Shown in pieces: positions 8,385 through 17,282 of a DNA stretch of 64,000 bases. This DNA is from Candidatus Iainarchaeum sp. GTDB taxonomy: Archaea; Iainarchaeota; Iainarchaeia; Iainarchaeales; VGJJ01. A program made the translations under genes and the position numbers. The stretch's first letter is position 1; each line of letters opens with the position of its first letter. The stretch spans positions 135,891-199,890 of the forward strand of contig JAUYHT010000002.1 of assembly GCA_030688545.1 (NCBI GenBank). The letters run 5' to 3'. The notes beneath the pieces are model-generated. The model was not told the DNA's origin. It saw nothing but the letters and a program-made list of their open reading frames with translations, and ran no database searches.

Positions 8385-9131
8385 TCACGGGGAATGGGCA
8401 TCCAACCAATCCAGGAGATCATCCGCTAACGAGGGGTGGCGGATCAGCATATCCGTGCCATGACCAGATTCCTGGAGCAGGAGGAGTTGTTTGTCGTCGA
8501 GGGGGAGAGATGGGAAAATAGTCTGCGCGGATTGGGAGGAATAGGGGTCGTCCTTGCTGGCGACAATTAAAACGGGGACTTGTATTCGGGATATGTTTTC
8601 CTGAACATCAATGCCCTTGTAGCTCATTCCGGGAGAGAGGAGGATGATTCCCTGGAACGAGGCATCCCTGGAGGCCGCATTCAACGCGGCGTTGGCCCCA
8701 ATGCTGGCGCCTATGAGAAAAGCGTTTTCAGTTGGAATTAATTGTTTGGATTCCAAAATGTCCTTTTCAATTTTCTGGAACTCCGAATCAGGAAATTGGA
8801 TATAGGAAAGAGCTTCCTTGTTTCCGTCCTGGATGCGCGAATCGCCGTGGCCGCGCACGTCGAGTGAAATAATGGAATAACCCCGCGCAAAGGCTTTCTC
8901 AGCAAACCCATCAAAGGAGTGGTGGTCTTTCCCGAATTGATGGATGAGTATGAGGGTGGGCTTTTCGAGTGCGGGATGACGCCAGCGCGTCCCCACGATC
9001 TCGACCCCATCCTGGGTTTTGTATGAAATACGTTCGCCTGACATTAAAATTCCTCCCGGCACGGGAGAAGGGGCCGTGCACCCACTTAGAATGAATAGTA
9101 TAATCATCAATCCAATGAAATGGAAACGCAT
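8385..9131 (-). CDS. Alpha/beta-hydrolase lipoprotein (dienelactone-hydrolase / S9-like).
   Basis: It has a lipoprotein-type signal (LSGC) and a GASIGANAAL nucleophile elbow. Confidence 0.65.
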   Translation of the reverse strand: MRFHFIGLMIILFILSGCTAPSPVPGGILMSGERISYKTQDGVEIVGTRWRHPALEKPTLILIHQFGKDHHSFDGFAEKAFARGYSIISLDVRGHGDSRIQDGNKEALSYIQFPDSEFQKIEKDILESKQLIPTENAFLIGASIGANAALNAASRDASFQGIILLSPGMSYKGIDVQENISRIQVPVLIVASKDDPYSSQSAQTIFPSLPLDDKQLLLLQESGHGTDMLIRHPSLADDLLDWLDAHSP

Positions 9132-9139
9132 AACAAGCC

Positions 9140-9490
9140 TTAGTGCAGTAGGGGGATGGGTTGAGGCATGCGGGCATTATATGCCAGCAACCCCCCGCGG
9201 AAATTGTAAACCTGTTGATAGCCCCGCTCGCGCAGGAATAGGGTGGCCCGCAGGCTTCGTGCCCCCGAGCGACAGATGAGAATCATCTTCTGAGACTTTG
9301 GAAACGCGTCGAACGTGGAGGGAGTAATAGTGGACATGGATATGAGTTGGGCCTGGGGAAGGTGGCCAGAGTCCCATTCCTCTTTTTCGCGCACGTCAAT
9401 CCAAACCCATTCCTTGTCAGGGACGTAGGAGAGGGCTTCGGCCGCGTCCATCTCAAAGGGGAGTGCCATAGGAAGTATTCCGTATAACAT
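9140..9490 (-). CDS. Rhodanese-domain sulfurtransferase.
   Basis: It has an active-site CRSGARS loop and a single rhodanese fold. Confidence 0.75.
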   Translation of the reverse strand: MLYGILPMALPFEMDAAEALSYVPDKEWVWIDVREKEEWDSGHLPQAQLISMSTITPSTFDAFPKSQKMILICRSGARSLRATLFLRERGYQQVYNFRGGLLAYNARMPQPIPLLH

Positions 9491-9501
9491 GGTTTTAATG
9501 G

Positions 9502-10209
9502 TTGACCTGGGTGGAGAAGTATATGGCTCCTCTTACGACCGATGCCGTGCTGGGAATGAATGTCCAAAGGAAGGCGCAATGGAAAACAATTTTTCGTATC
9601 CTGAGGAAAAATTATCCTAATCTCAAAATAGGATTGACCCAATGGAAGAATCCATTCGAGCTTACCATATCCACCATCCTCTCCGCGCAATGCACGGATG
9701 CTCGAGTCAATTTGGTTACTAAATCGCTGTTTAAAAAATACAGGAAGCCCACTGATTATCTCAAGGTGGCCCCCGAAGAATTAGAGTTGGATATCCGATC
9801 CACGGGATTCTACAAAAACAAGACTAAAAACATCCGGGGGTTATGCACGCGTCTCATTTCCCATTATGGAGGGAATATACCCGAGCGCATGGAGGAATTG
9901 ATCACCCTTCCCGGAGTGGGAAGGAAAACGGCCAACATCGTGCTATTTGCGGGGTTCAATAAGAAAGAGGGGATTGCCGTGGACACGCATGTGTTCAGGG
10001 TATCCAAACGATTGGGTCTCGCGGAAGGAAAAACCCCGGAGAAAGTGGAGCGTCAGCTCATGGAGATTGTTGATAAAAAGGATTGGGGAAATCTCACCAA
10101 CTATCTAATTGGACATGGGAGAAAAATCTGCGTGGCGCAGAAACCGCGGTGTAGTATTTGCCCATTGACAAAAATATGCCCCCGGGTGGGAGTAACCAAA
10201 TGGGCCTAG
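9502..10209 (+). CDS. nth: Endonuclease III (DNA glycosylase/AP lyase).
   Basis: It has a helix-hairpin-helix (LPGVGRKTANIVL), the catalytic Lys/Asp region, and a C-terminal 4Fe-4S loop (CxxxxxxCxxCPLxxxC). Confidence 0.9.
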   Translation: MTWVEKYMAPLTTDAVLGMNVQRKAQWKTIFRILRKNYPNLKIGLTQWKNPFELTISTILSAQCTDARVNLVTKSLFKKYRKPTDYLKVAPEELELDIRSTGFYKNKTKNIRGLCTRLISHYGGNIPERMEELITLPGVGRKTANIVLFAGFNKKEGIAVDTHVFRVSKRLGLAEGKTPEKVERQLMEIVDKKDWGNLTNYLIGHGRKICVAQKPRCSICPLTKICPRVGVTKWA

Positions 10210-10241
10210 CATAAAAGAGGTTTGGGACGCAAGAATAATGT

Positions 10242-10748
10242 ATGGAAGGATGGACCCTCATCCCGGATGCGGGGGCAATGGAAGAGAGGCTCGAGGGGTT
10301 GGGAGCCACCATTGTCCAAGAATATGCGCGGGAGGACCGGTATCATTTTCTTCCGGGGCACACGAGCCTCGAAAAGGGATATATTCGAATCCGGGGACCT
10401 GAAAATGAAGGAGGTTTATTCCTCATCCAGAAAATGGTTCGCATGAAAGGAAAATGGGTGGAAGCCTACCGGAGCCACCACCCCCATTTTGGGGCCGCCA
10501 AACGAAAAACCATGGGTCACTGGCAAGCATGCCTATTGGTACGGAGGGGAAAGGCGTTTCTCCTGGGAGAAGCGCATATTCGGGTGGAACACATTGAGGG
10601 GTATGGGGATGTGGTCGCCATTAAAGCAGATAATGACCCCGCCTTCCAGGACATCATTTCCCGCCTCGCCCTCCTTGAAATGGCCGATACACGAGACAAG
10701 GACATCGCCCTGGATTTCCTGATCCAAAAAAACGCCAAGCCTCTTTAA
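10242..10748 (+). CDS. Hypothetical protein, possibly CYTH-like (CyaB/thiamine-triphosphatase fold).
   Basis: The 168-aa soluble protein has alternating basic and acidic β-strand motifs (IRIR...EAHIRVEHIEGYG). The assignment is weak. Confidence 0.3.
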   Translation: MEGWTLIPDAGAMEERLEGLGATIVQEYAREDRYHFLPGHTSLEKGYIRIRGPENEGGLFLIQKMVRMKGKWVEAYRSHHPHFGAAKRKTMGHWQACLLVRRGKAFLLGEAHIRVEHIEGYGDVVAIKADNDPAFQDIISRLALLEMADTRDKDIALDFLIQKNAKPL

Positions 10749-10770
10749 CTCCTAAATCAGACCATCCTCC

Positions 10771-12486
10771 ATGAGTAACAAGGAGATCGCCAACCTTCTC
10801 AATGAGATGGCCGACCTCATGGAAATTTTGGGGATTGAATGGAAACCCCAAGCCTACCGAAAGGCCGCGCGCGTTATCGAGGCGGATCCTGAGCCGGTTG
10901 AATTCTTGTTCAAGGAAAAGGGGGAGAAAGCCCTCCTTGAATTAGAAGGCGTGGGGAAAGGGATCGCCCACAAGATTGGCCAATTTCTCTCTAAAGGAAA
11001 AGTGGACGAATACGAGGACCTCAAGCATCGCATCCCACGGGGGCTGGTGGAACTATTGAATGTCCCCGGGTTGGGTCCCAAGAAAGCGGCGCGATTGTAT
11101 CACGAACTGAAAATTACCTCTCTCGCCCAACTGGAACAGGCCGCGCGCTCTGGGAAGATACGGAAACTCCCCGGGTTCAAGGAGAAGAGTGAGGAAGATA
11201 TCCTCATGGGATTGGAATTGATAAAAAAGGGGACTGAACGAAAATTGCTGGGGATTATTCTTCCCCACGCACGCGCCCTTGAGGAAACCATTTCCAAAAT
11301 GGATGGAGTTGTGGCGGTCGTTATCGCGGGAAGCCTGCGGCGACGCCGGGAAACCGTGAAGGACATCGACTTACTTGTTTTCACCAAAAAGGAGCAAGAG
11401 GTAGCCAAAGCATTGGAAGGATTAGAGGCGTTGGACACCATTGAACGCCAAGGAACCAGCTTGGTGAGCGGACGGCTCAAGATAGGATTGAACGTGGACA
11501 TGCGGATCCTCCCCCCGCACCTGATGGGATCGGGAATGGTGCACTTCACGGGAAGCAAGGCGCATGGGATCGCCCTCCGAAATCGTGCCATCAAGATGGG
11601 AATGAAGTTTTCAGAATACGGATTGATGAAGGGGAAAAAAATAGTAGCAAGCCAAAAAGAAGAAGAGGTGTATCGCGCGCTCCAATTGGAGTATATCCCC
11701 CCCGAGATGAGAGAGAACGAGGGAGAAATAGACATGGCGGCGCAAGGAAAATTGCCCACTCTCATAGGATATGGGGATCTCAAGGGGGATTTGCATACGC
11801 ACACAAACTGGAGTGATGGGGTCCATTCCACGGAACAGATGGTGCAACGGGCGATCGCCATAGGCCACGAATACTATGCCATCACCGACCACTCCTACTC
11901 GGATACGGTGGCCAATGGGCTGGACGAAAAAAGATTGAAACACCACATCAAAGAAATCCATGCTCTGCAAACAAAATACCCCCAAATCCACCTCCTCACG
12001 GGAAGCGAAGTGCATATCGATAATGCCGGAAAACTGGACTACTCCCAAAAAATGCTCAAGGAATTGGACATCGTTATAGCTTCCGTGCACTCGAGCTTCA
12101 AGATGGACCCCAAACAGATGACGAAACGATTAATGAATGCCCTAACGAATGAATATGTCACCTTCATCGCCCATCCCACAGGAAGGCTGATCAACCAGCG
12201 CAACCCCTATTCCTTCGACCTTGATAGAGTGCTGGAGGCGGCCAAGGAAAATGGAAAGGCGATGGAGATTAATTCCTTCCCCTCGCGATTGGATTTCGAC
12301 TACACCCATATCAGGGAATGCGTTAAGCGCGGGGTGAAATTGGTGATCAATTCGGACGCGCACTCCGTCCTCCACCTGGATAATCTTGAATATGGAATCG
12401 CTCAAGCCCGAAGAGGCTGGGCGGAGAAGAAAGACGTGCTGAATGCGCTGACTTGTAAGAAGTTTGAGAAGGCGATTGGGAGATGA
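10771..12486 (+). CDS. polX: Family X DNA polymerase with a C-terminal PHP domain (PolX).
   Basis: It has N-terminal helix-hairpin-helix motifs, a pol-beta nucleotidyltransferase core (GSLRRRRETVKDIDLLV), and a PHP histidinol-phosphatase motif (DLHTHTNWSDG...ITDHS). Confidence 0.9.
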   Translation: MSNKEIANLLNEMADLMEILGIEWKPQAYRKAARVIEADPEPVEFLFKEKGEKALLELEGVGKGIAHKIGQFLSKGKVDEYEDLKHRIPRGLVELLNVPGLGPKKAARLYHELKITSLAQLEQAARSGKIRKLPGFKEKSEEDILMGLELIKKGTERKLLGIILPHARALEETISKMDGVVAVVIAGSLRRRRETVKDIDLLVFTKKEQEVAKALEGLEALDTIERQGTSLVSGRLKIGLNVDMRILPPHLMGSGMVHFTGSKAHGIALRNRAIKMGMKFSEYGLMKGKKIVASQKEEEVYRALQLEYIPPEMRENEGEIDMAAQGKLPTLIGYGDLKGDLHTHTNWSDGVHSTEQMVQRAIAIGHEYYAITDHSYSDTVANGLDEKRLKHHIKEIHALQTKYPQIHLLTGSEVHIDNAGKLDYSQKMLKELDIVIASVHSSFKMDPKQMTKRLMNALTNEYVTFIAHPTGRLINQRNPYSFDLDRVLEAAKENGKAMEINSFPSRLDFDYTHIRECVKRGVKLVINSDAHSVLHLDNLEYGIAQARRGWAEKKDVLNALTCKKFEKAIGR

Positions 12487-12508
12487 ATTTTCTGGAAAAA
12501 AAATATTT

Positions 12509-13240
12509 TTAGCTCGTAAGACAAATTCGCTCGCAAACACCTGAGGTTGAGTAGTTAATAGGACATTGCTCAGAGGAGGTATAAGGAAAGGCCACAGGTG
12601 AACAGCCGTTAACCCCAACGTAGAAATCGTTGACACCATCATCTCCAAATTGTCCACCATGATTTGTCGGAATGACCATAAGTGCGTTTATTCCTGTGAT
12701 GTAGCACTGTACCCCCAAACCAACTGCAGGCCCTGTTGGACAGGGAGGAGGGACATCATTCGGAGGCAATTTATCTCGCCCTTGTTCATCTTGGCATTTT
12801 GTATTGTACCAATCTGGTGTTGGGGCTGGATTTTGAGTCCAAGCTGTCTGATATCCAGTCACCCAAGTACACTTTGTCGAATACGTACCCGCTCCACCCC
12901 CGCCTTGTCCCGAAAAATCCGTCGAGTCCAAGCCGTCCAACGTGTCGGCATTGATCCCCGAATATTGGTTCGGAAGCGATTCGCTCGCGGCATTCATGGC
13001 TTCGACGAAATGCGTGCCGTCCCCTTTGGGATCGAAAGATAAGGCGAACTGTTCCCACATGATCTGTAGAACTTCGTGGGATACGAGGGGGGTTCCGGTA
13101 TGACTGGCATAAGTAACTCCTACTCCCAGTCCAATGGCAAAAATAAGCGCTACCATGAGAAACGGCTTCTTGGACATGAAACCCTTTACACCCGAATCGG
13201 GTTTTCTGTTGGATTTCAATCCCCATTTACCCATCATCAT
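12509..13240 (-). CDS. Secreted Cys-rich hypothetical protein.
   Basis: It has a signal/TM segment (KKPFLMVALIFAIGLGVGVTYASH) and a C-terminal region with about 12 Cys. No family was recognised. It sits immediately downstream of the signal peptidase I gene. Confidence 0.45.
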   Translation of the reverse strand: MMMGKWGLKSNRKPDSGVKGFMSKKPFLMVALIFAIGLGVGVTYASHTGTPLVSHEVLQIMWEQFALSFDPKGDGTHFVEAMNAASESLPNQYSGINADTLDGLDSTDFSGQGGGGAGTYSTKCTWVTGYQTAWTQNPAPTPDWYNTKCQDEQGRDKLPPNDVPPPCPTGPAVGLGVQCYITGINALMVIPTNHGGQFGDDGVNDFYVGVNGCSPVAFPYTSSEQCPINYSTSGVCERICLTS

Positions 13241-13263
13241 CGCCCAGGGAATTCATTCCACCC

Positions 13264-13902
13264 TTAAATATCTTTCTCCTTTCCCGCCTGCGCCTTGGGA
13301 AACACCCTTCCTTTTGCCCAAGAGAGGGGGATAATCCCGTATTCCTTTGAATCTCTGCTCTCGTTGGGATTGTCCCCTCGGACTAAAATATACCCAGGAG
13401 GAATGTTATATCCTTGGTATTTGAGCTGGACCTGCAATGCATGAAATTGGTTCCTTTCCTTTCGATAGATCCGATCGCCTATTCGGAGAGTGTCATCCGA
13501 GAATTCCACCATCTCTCCAGGGACCCCCATTACCCTTTTTACCAACTGGATGCGATTCCCAAAAGCGTTCACATACACTAATCCAACCACCTGATCAGGG
13601 AGGATGAGATGATTCTCATAGTATCCATCCCAGAGCCATGCTTTATCCCCATCTTGAAAAGCGGGAAACATGGAATCTCCGACAATATTGATTTCGATAC
13701 AATCCGGATTCGTCTCTTGACATGCGTTTTCCGCGCTGGCGACATAGGAGAATAGGGTGATTAGCACCAGGATAAGGATGAGGATTGAGATGAGGAATGC
13801 GGCGTAGAAGATGGGCTTGGCCCAGCGGCGGAGATGATGCATTTTCTTCCCGTGAACATCCACGTCGAAGAACTCCCGCTCGTGCTTAGGACGGATGGGC
13901 AT
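13264..13902 (-). CDS. lepB: Signal peptidase I (S26 family, bacterial Ser/Lys type).
   Basis: It carries GDSMFP (box B serine), VKRVMGVPGE (box D lysine) and GDNPNESRDSKEYG (box E), plus an N-terminal TM anchor. Confidence 0.8.
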   Translation of the reverse strand: MPIRPKHEREFFDVDVHGKKMHHLRRWAKPIFYAAFLISILILILVLITLFSYVASAENACQETNPDCIEINIVGDSMFPAFQDGDKAWLWDGYYENHLILPDQVVGLVYVNAFGNRIQLVKRVMGVPGEMVEFSDDTLRIGDRIYRKERNQFHALQVQLKYQGYNIPPGYILVRGDNPNESRDSKEYGIIPLSWAKGRVFPKAQAGKEKDI

Positions 13903-14017
13903 GCTGGGTAAAAGACGGGAGAAAATATATGCTTTGCGAGAGGTATTTGGGAGGGCGTCTGGTATAAAAACTGGATTTCTCCCAATAGGTTATTACATCA
14001 GATGGGAGGAAGGGACG

Positions 14018-14347
14018 ATGGTGAAAGAGTTGGACACAAATCATTTCGAGACGGAGGTCGTTCAGAGCCCGATCCCGGTATTAGTGGATTTTTGGGCCGC
14101 GTGGTGCGGTCCCTGCAAGATGCTTTCCCCTATGCTCGAGGAAATGGAAAAGGATTTCAAGGGACGATTGATTTTTGCCAAACTTAACGTGGACGAAAAC
14201 CAAGCCCTGGCGCAGGAATATGGAATCATGTCCATCCCCTGCCTCGTGATGATCCAAAAGGGAAAAGAAGTGGGACGCATTGTTGGATTAATGCCCAAGG
14301 CCGAAATGAAACGGTTAATCGAAGACGAATTGAAGAAAGCTAAGTGA
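14018..14347 (+). CDS. trxA: Thioredoxin.
   Basis: It has a WCGPC active site. GGAGGAAGGG sits upstream of ATG 14018. The ORF-track start at 13895 is probably too far upstream. Confidence 0.9.
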   Translation: MVKELDTNHFETEVVQSPIPVLVDFWAAWCGPCKMLSPMLEEMEKDFKGRLIFAKLNVDENQALAQEYGIMSIPCLVMIQKGKEVGRIVGLMPKAEMKRLIEDELKKAK

Positions 14348-14348
14348 T

Positions 14349-15020
14349 TTACGCCTCGAGATAGAAACCCTTTTTGGTCCGGCGGAGCTTCACAACCAAT
14401 TTTTTCTTGGAAATAACCCTGGGGGATATGACCCACACCTTATGGGGGCCTTGCCGCGCTTCGTAGGCACGCCATGCTCCTACCACATACCGTTCGTTCA
14501 ATGCGTCGGGGGAGAAAAAAAAAGTTTGGTCGGCCGAGAATAGATGTACCGCTTCCCGCAAGTCAAATTTTTTCTTTCCTCGAGCGATTTTCACCCTGGA
14601 TTCTTGAGCGTGTTTGGCAGCCCACGCACGAATACGGGAGGAAATTCCTTTTTTGGATCGGGAGAATGTGGCATGAATACGCGCGGCCACACGGCGTTTC
14701 TTTTTCTTGAGCGAGTGGCGGGCTCGCGATGGGGCGTGGCGGAGGCGGTGGGCGAATAGGGAGGGGAAAGAGAGGATGCCCTCGCACATGGCCTTTAATA
14801 CGCGTCCCACGGAAGGGATGCGGCGCTCCTGCTGGTAGATGGAGAACAAGGTGGACCCGAAATAAAGAGCAAGGAGCGCGAGAAAAAACCGCACGAGAAA
14901 ACCTACATCCCCGAAAGGGGACCAGACACCCAGAAAACCGAATGGCATGGGAAAGGAAACGAGGGGGAGAATTAAAGGCTGCCCTCGAAATGCGTCTAGT
15001 ATGCTATTTCTATGGTTCAA
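14349..15020 (-). CDS. Hypothetical membrane protein with a basic C-terminal region.
   Basis: The 223-aa protein has an N-terminal hydrophobic segment. No family was recognised. The coding call is moderate. Confidence 0.3.
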   Translation of the reverse strand: MNHRNSILDAFRGQPLILPLVSFPMPFGFLGVWSPFGDVGFLVRFFLALLALYFGSTLFSIYQQERRIPSVGRVLKAMCEGILSFPSLFAHRLRHAPSRARHSLKKKKRRVAARIHATFSRSKKGISSRIRAWAAKHAQESRVKIARGKKKFDLREAVHLFSADQTFFFSPDALNERYVVGAWRAYEARQGPHKVWVISPRVISKKKLVVKLRRTKKGFYLEA

Positions 15021-15259
15021 GGAAATTTATATGGTTCTACTTACAGAGGTTTAAGATTGGTTAAGCGGAAGGTGGAATATATGAGCCCAAAAAAGACTAC
15101 CATCCAAAAAACTGAAAATATCCAATTGAAACGGTTGGAGAAACTCGATTTCGATCTAATCCACCAATTCAAGGATTCACTCAATGATTTGAAGGAAGGG
15201 CGATTTAGGCGCCTCGCATGAGGATTATTTTGAGCCAAGCGGTTCAATAGAAATGATAA

Positions 15260-16006
15260 TTACCCATGTGCGCCGAACCAGGCGCCGATGAGATATCCCA
15301 CGAGGGCGGCGAGGCCGCCGATGAGGGCCAATTCTAATCCCGACCGCCACCAGGGGACTTTGGTGAATTTTCCTTTCCACGCCCCCGCGAGGAATAGAAC
15401 TAGCAGGGAGAAAAGCAATGATATTGGAACCGCCATTGACACCGGGAAAAAGAAAAAAGGGAATAGGGGGAAGATGGCCCCCACGTGCGCGGCGATCCCC
15501 ACCAGGATGCCCGAACGCAAGGGGGATTGGCGCTCAGGAAAAATCTTCAATTCCTCCTGCATCATCGTATCGAGCCAGCGGGCGCGGTTGGCGGTGATTT
15601 TTGTCACGATGTATTCCAGGTGTTTTCCAGTGAATCCTTTGGCGCGGTAGATGCTGCGGACTTCTGCTTTCTCCTCATCGGGAAAATGGTCTATTTCTTG
15701 CATCTCGCGACGGCGTTCCTTGTCATAGTATTCCTGCGCGGCCTTGGAGGAGGTGTAGGCCACGGCCCCCATGGAGATGCCTTCAGCGAACATGGCGGCC
15801 AGCCCCGCAATGATGACGAGGCGCGCATCCTGCGTGGCGGTGGCGACACCGAGGATTAAACCTAATGTATTCACTAACCCATCCTGACCCCCCAGGATGG
15901 CATCGCGCAACCATTCCCCTTTCACGGAATCGTTATTCTCGATGGGGTGATGCGGTCGGCGACGAGGGAAACGTGAATGGCTCTTTTTCTTCCGGGAAAC
16001 CCGCAT
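15260..16006 (-). CDS. VIT1/CCC1 family iron/manganese transporter.
   Basis: It carries the ILGGQDGLVNTLGLILGVA signature and C-terminal TM helices. Confidence 0.8.
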   Translation of the reverse strand: MRVSRKKKSHSRFPRRRPHHPIENNDSVKGEWLRDAILGGQDGLVNTLGLILGVATATQDARLVIIAGLAAMFAEGISMGAVAYTSSKAAQEYYDKERRREMQEIDHFPDEEKAEVRSIYRAKGFTGKHLEYIVTKITANRARWLDTMMQEELKIFPERQSPLRSGILVGIAAHVGAIFPLFPFFFFPVSMAVPISLLFSLLVLFLAGAWKGKFTKVPWWRSGLELALIGGLAALVGYLIGAWFGAHG

Positions 16007-16109
16007 AGATTTTCCAATGCGCGCGACTATTTAATGAATGCCTCCCCGACCTAAAGGAGGGGCATCCTTCATCGAAAAACGCCAAATGCCCTAAGGGCGT
16101 TGTATCGGC

Positions 16110-16270
16110 TTTTTGATCAACTTTTTTTCCAAAAAAAAAGGCCCGTTTTTTGATCGAACTTATTATTAAAAAGTTCGTTTGATGAAACTTTTTTTCTCAA
16201 GAGTAGGGTTTTTGATCAAACTTTTTCTCAAAAAGTTTGATGATGAAGCTTTTTCTAAAAAAGTTTGAGG
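16110..16270. repeat. Cluster of four to five AT-rich palindromic hairpin elements (GATCAA/GATGAA followed by CTTTTT-N3-AAAAAG) in the scpA-VIT intergenic region.
   Basis: Examples are CAACTTTTTTT-CC-AAAAAAAAAG at 16118-16141, CGAACTT-ATTATTAAA-AAGTTCG at 16153-16177, and TCAAACTTTTT-CTC-AAAAAGTTTGA at 16216-16240, followed by a further degenerate copy. T5-T9 tracts are present on both strands, so these may act as bidirectional oligo-T terminators. Confidence 0.5.
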
Positions 16271-16277
16271 GGAAGAA

Positions 16278-17183
16278 TCACGCGGGCGCGTCTTGGGTTT
16301 CGAAGGAAGGGGTTCCATTCTCCCCATCTCCCGGAGTGGCCACCGCCACCATGATTTCTCCGAATAGATCATCCTGCCACGCGTTCACACGCTTTTCATG
16401 AAGGAGAAAGAGGAGCGAGAGGAAGAAATCGATTACCTCATGGGAAGAGCGCCCGTGCACGATGGAGTGGAAACGCGCGAACCCTGATTCGTCCGCGTGG
16501 CGGGGGATGAGGTCCATGAATTCCTCCATCTTGCCCTCAAGATTCATTTTGGGGATGGGGAGTGAAAATGCCTGATGGGATTTGCCCTCGCGTTCCTTCT
16601 GCGCTTTGGCCTTCGTCTTTTCGAGAATGGATTCAATGCTCTCCACGAGCATATCTAACGTGACTTTTCCTTCACGAGAAAAGCGTGGGGGAAGGAGTTC
16701 GGGCATCATGCCCCCCAATAATTCTTCCTCGGTGAGGAGTGCGCGAAGCTCAATTCCTTCTTCCTCCAGGGATGAAAGACGCAAGGCGCGTGCCTTGAAC
16801 TTGAGGAGGATGGCGGATGCCAGGATGGCATTGGCGGGGAGACGCAAGTCTGTGGATTGGAGGGAACGGATTTTCTCCAAATATTTGTGGGCCAACTCCT
16901 TCACGTCGATATTCCATGGATCCATCCGCTCGCGTTTCACTAGTGAAATTAGAATGGTCTTCCACGCGGGCTGGTCGATGAGATCCACCATGTCTTCCGT
17001 TTTATTTATTTGGGCGGAAGGATTTTCCATCAACTCGACGCCCTCGAAATCGGCATCTGGATCGTCAACCTTCTTTTTTTCAGTCACCCGTTTTCGATGG
17101 GACCGCGCAGTCATCCTTCGGGGGAGGGGGATTATCCATATAATCCTGTCTTTTGGGGGAGGGAAATTTTCTTCAATGGTCAT
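16278..17183 (-). CDS. scpA: Segregation and condensation protein A (kleisin).
   Basis: It carries the ScpA/Rec8-like motifs DPWNIDVKELAHKYLEKI...RLPANAILASAILLKFKA. The true start may be an internal Met (MENPSAQ...). Confidence 0.7.
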   Translation of the reverse strand: MTIEENFPPPKDRIIWIIPLPRRMTARSHRKRVTEKKKVDDPDADFEGVELMENPSAQINKTEDMVDLIDQPAWKTILISLVKRERMDPWNIDVKELAHKYLEKIRSLQSTDLRLPANAILASAILLKFKARALRLSSLEEEGIELRALLTEEELLGGMMPELLPPRFSREGKVTLDMLVESIESILEKTKAKAQKEREGKSHQAFSLPIPKMNLEGKMEEFMDLIPRHADESGFARFHSIVHGRSSHEVIDFFLSLLFLLHEKRVNAWQDDLFGEIMVAVATPGDGENGTPSFETQDAPA

Positions 17184-17282
17184 TATATGGGGAAAAAAAA
17201 TGCTATGGAAAACAATGGTTCTTGGGGGAAATCGTTTCAGGAAGGCCTAAACGGGCCCCACGGCTTTTTATTCCCCGAGAGA

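Noticed and set aside
7921-8463. 180-aa Gly/Arg/Trp-rich plus-strand ORF.
   Set aside because: It overlaps tRNA-Leu(CAA) on the opposite strand. Its composition is driven by GC-rich codons and it has no protein-like features.
11100-12660. Several minus-strand ORFs (253, 159 and 172 aa).
   Set aside because: They are antisense to the clearly conserved PolX gene and are shadow ORFs.
12786-13226. 146-aa minus-strand ORF in an alternative frame.
   Set aside because: It overlaps the 12509-13240 ORF, which has a convincing signal peptide and Cys-rich ectodomain. Only one of the two can be real.
14729-15064. Gly/Arg-rich 111-aa plus-strand ORF.
   Set aside because: It is an antisense shadow of the 14349-15020 gene and has low-complexity GGGGGR composition.
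15081-15221. 46-aa plus-strand ORF (MSPKKTTIQKTENIQLKRLEKLDFDLIHQFKDSLNDLKEGRFRRLA), possibly antitoxin-like.
   Set aside because: It is too short and has no diagnostic motif or partner gene. It was left unannotated.
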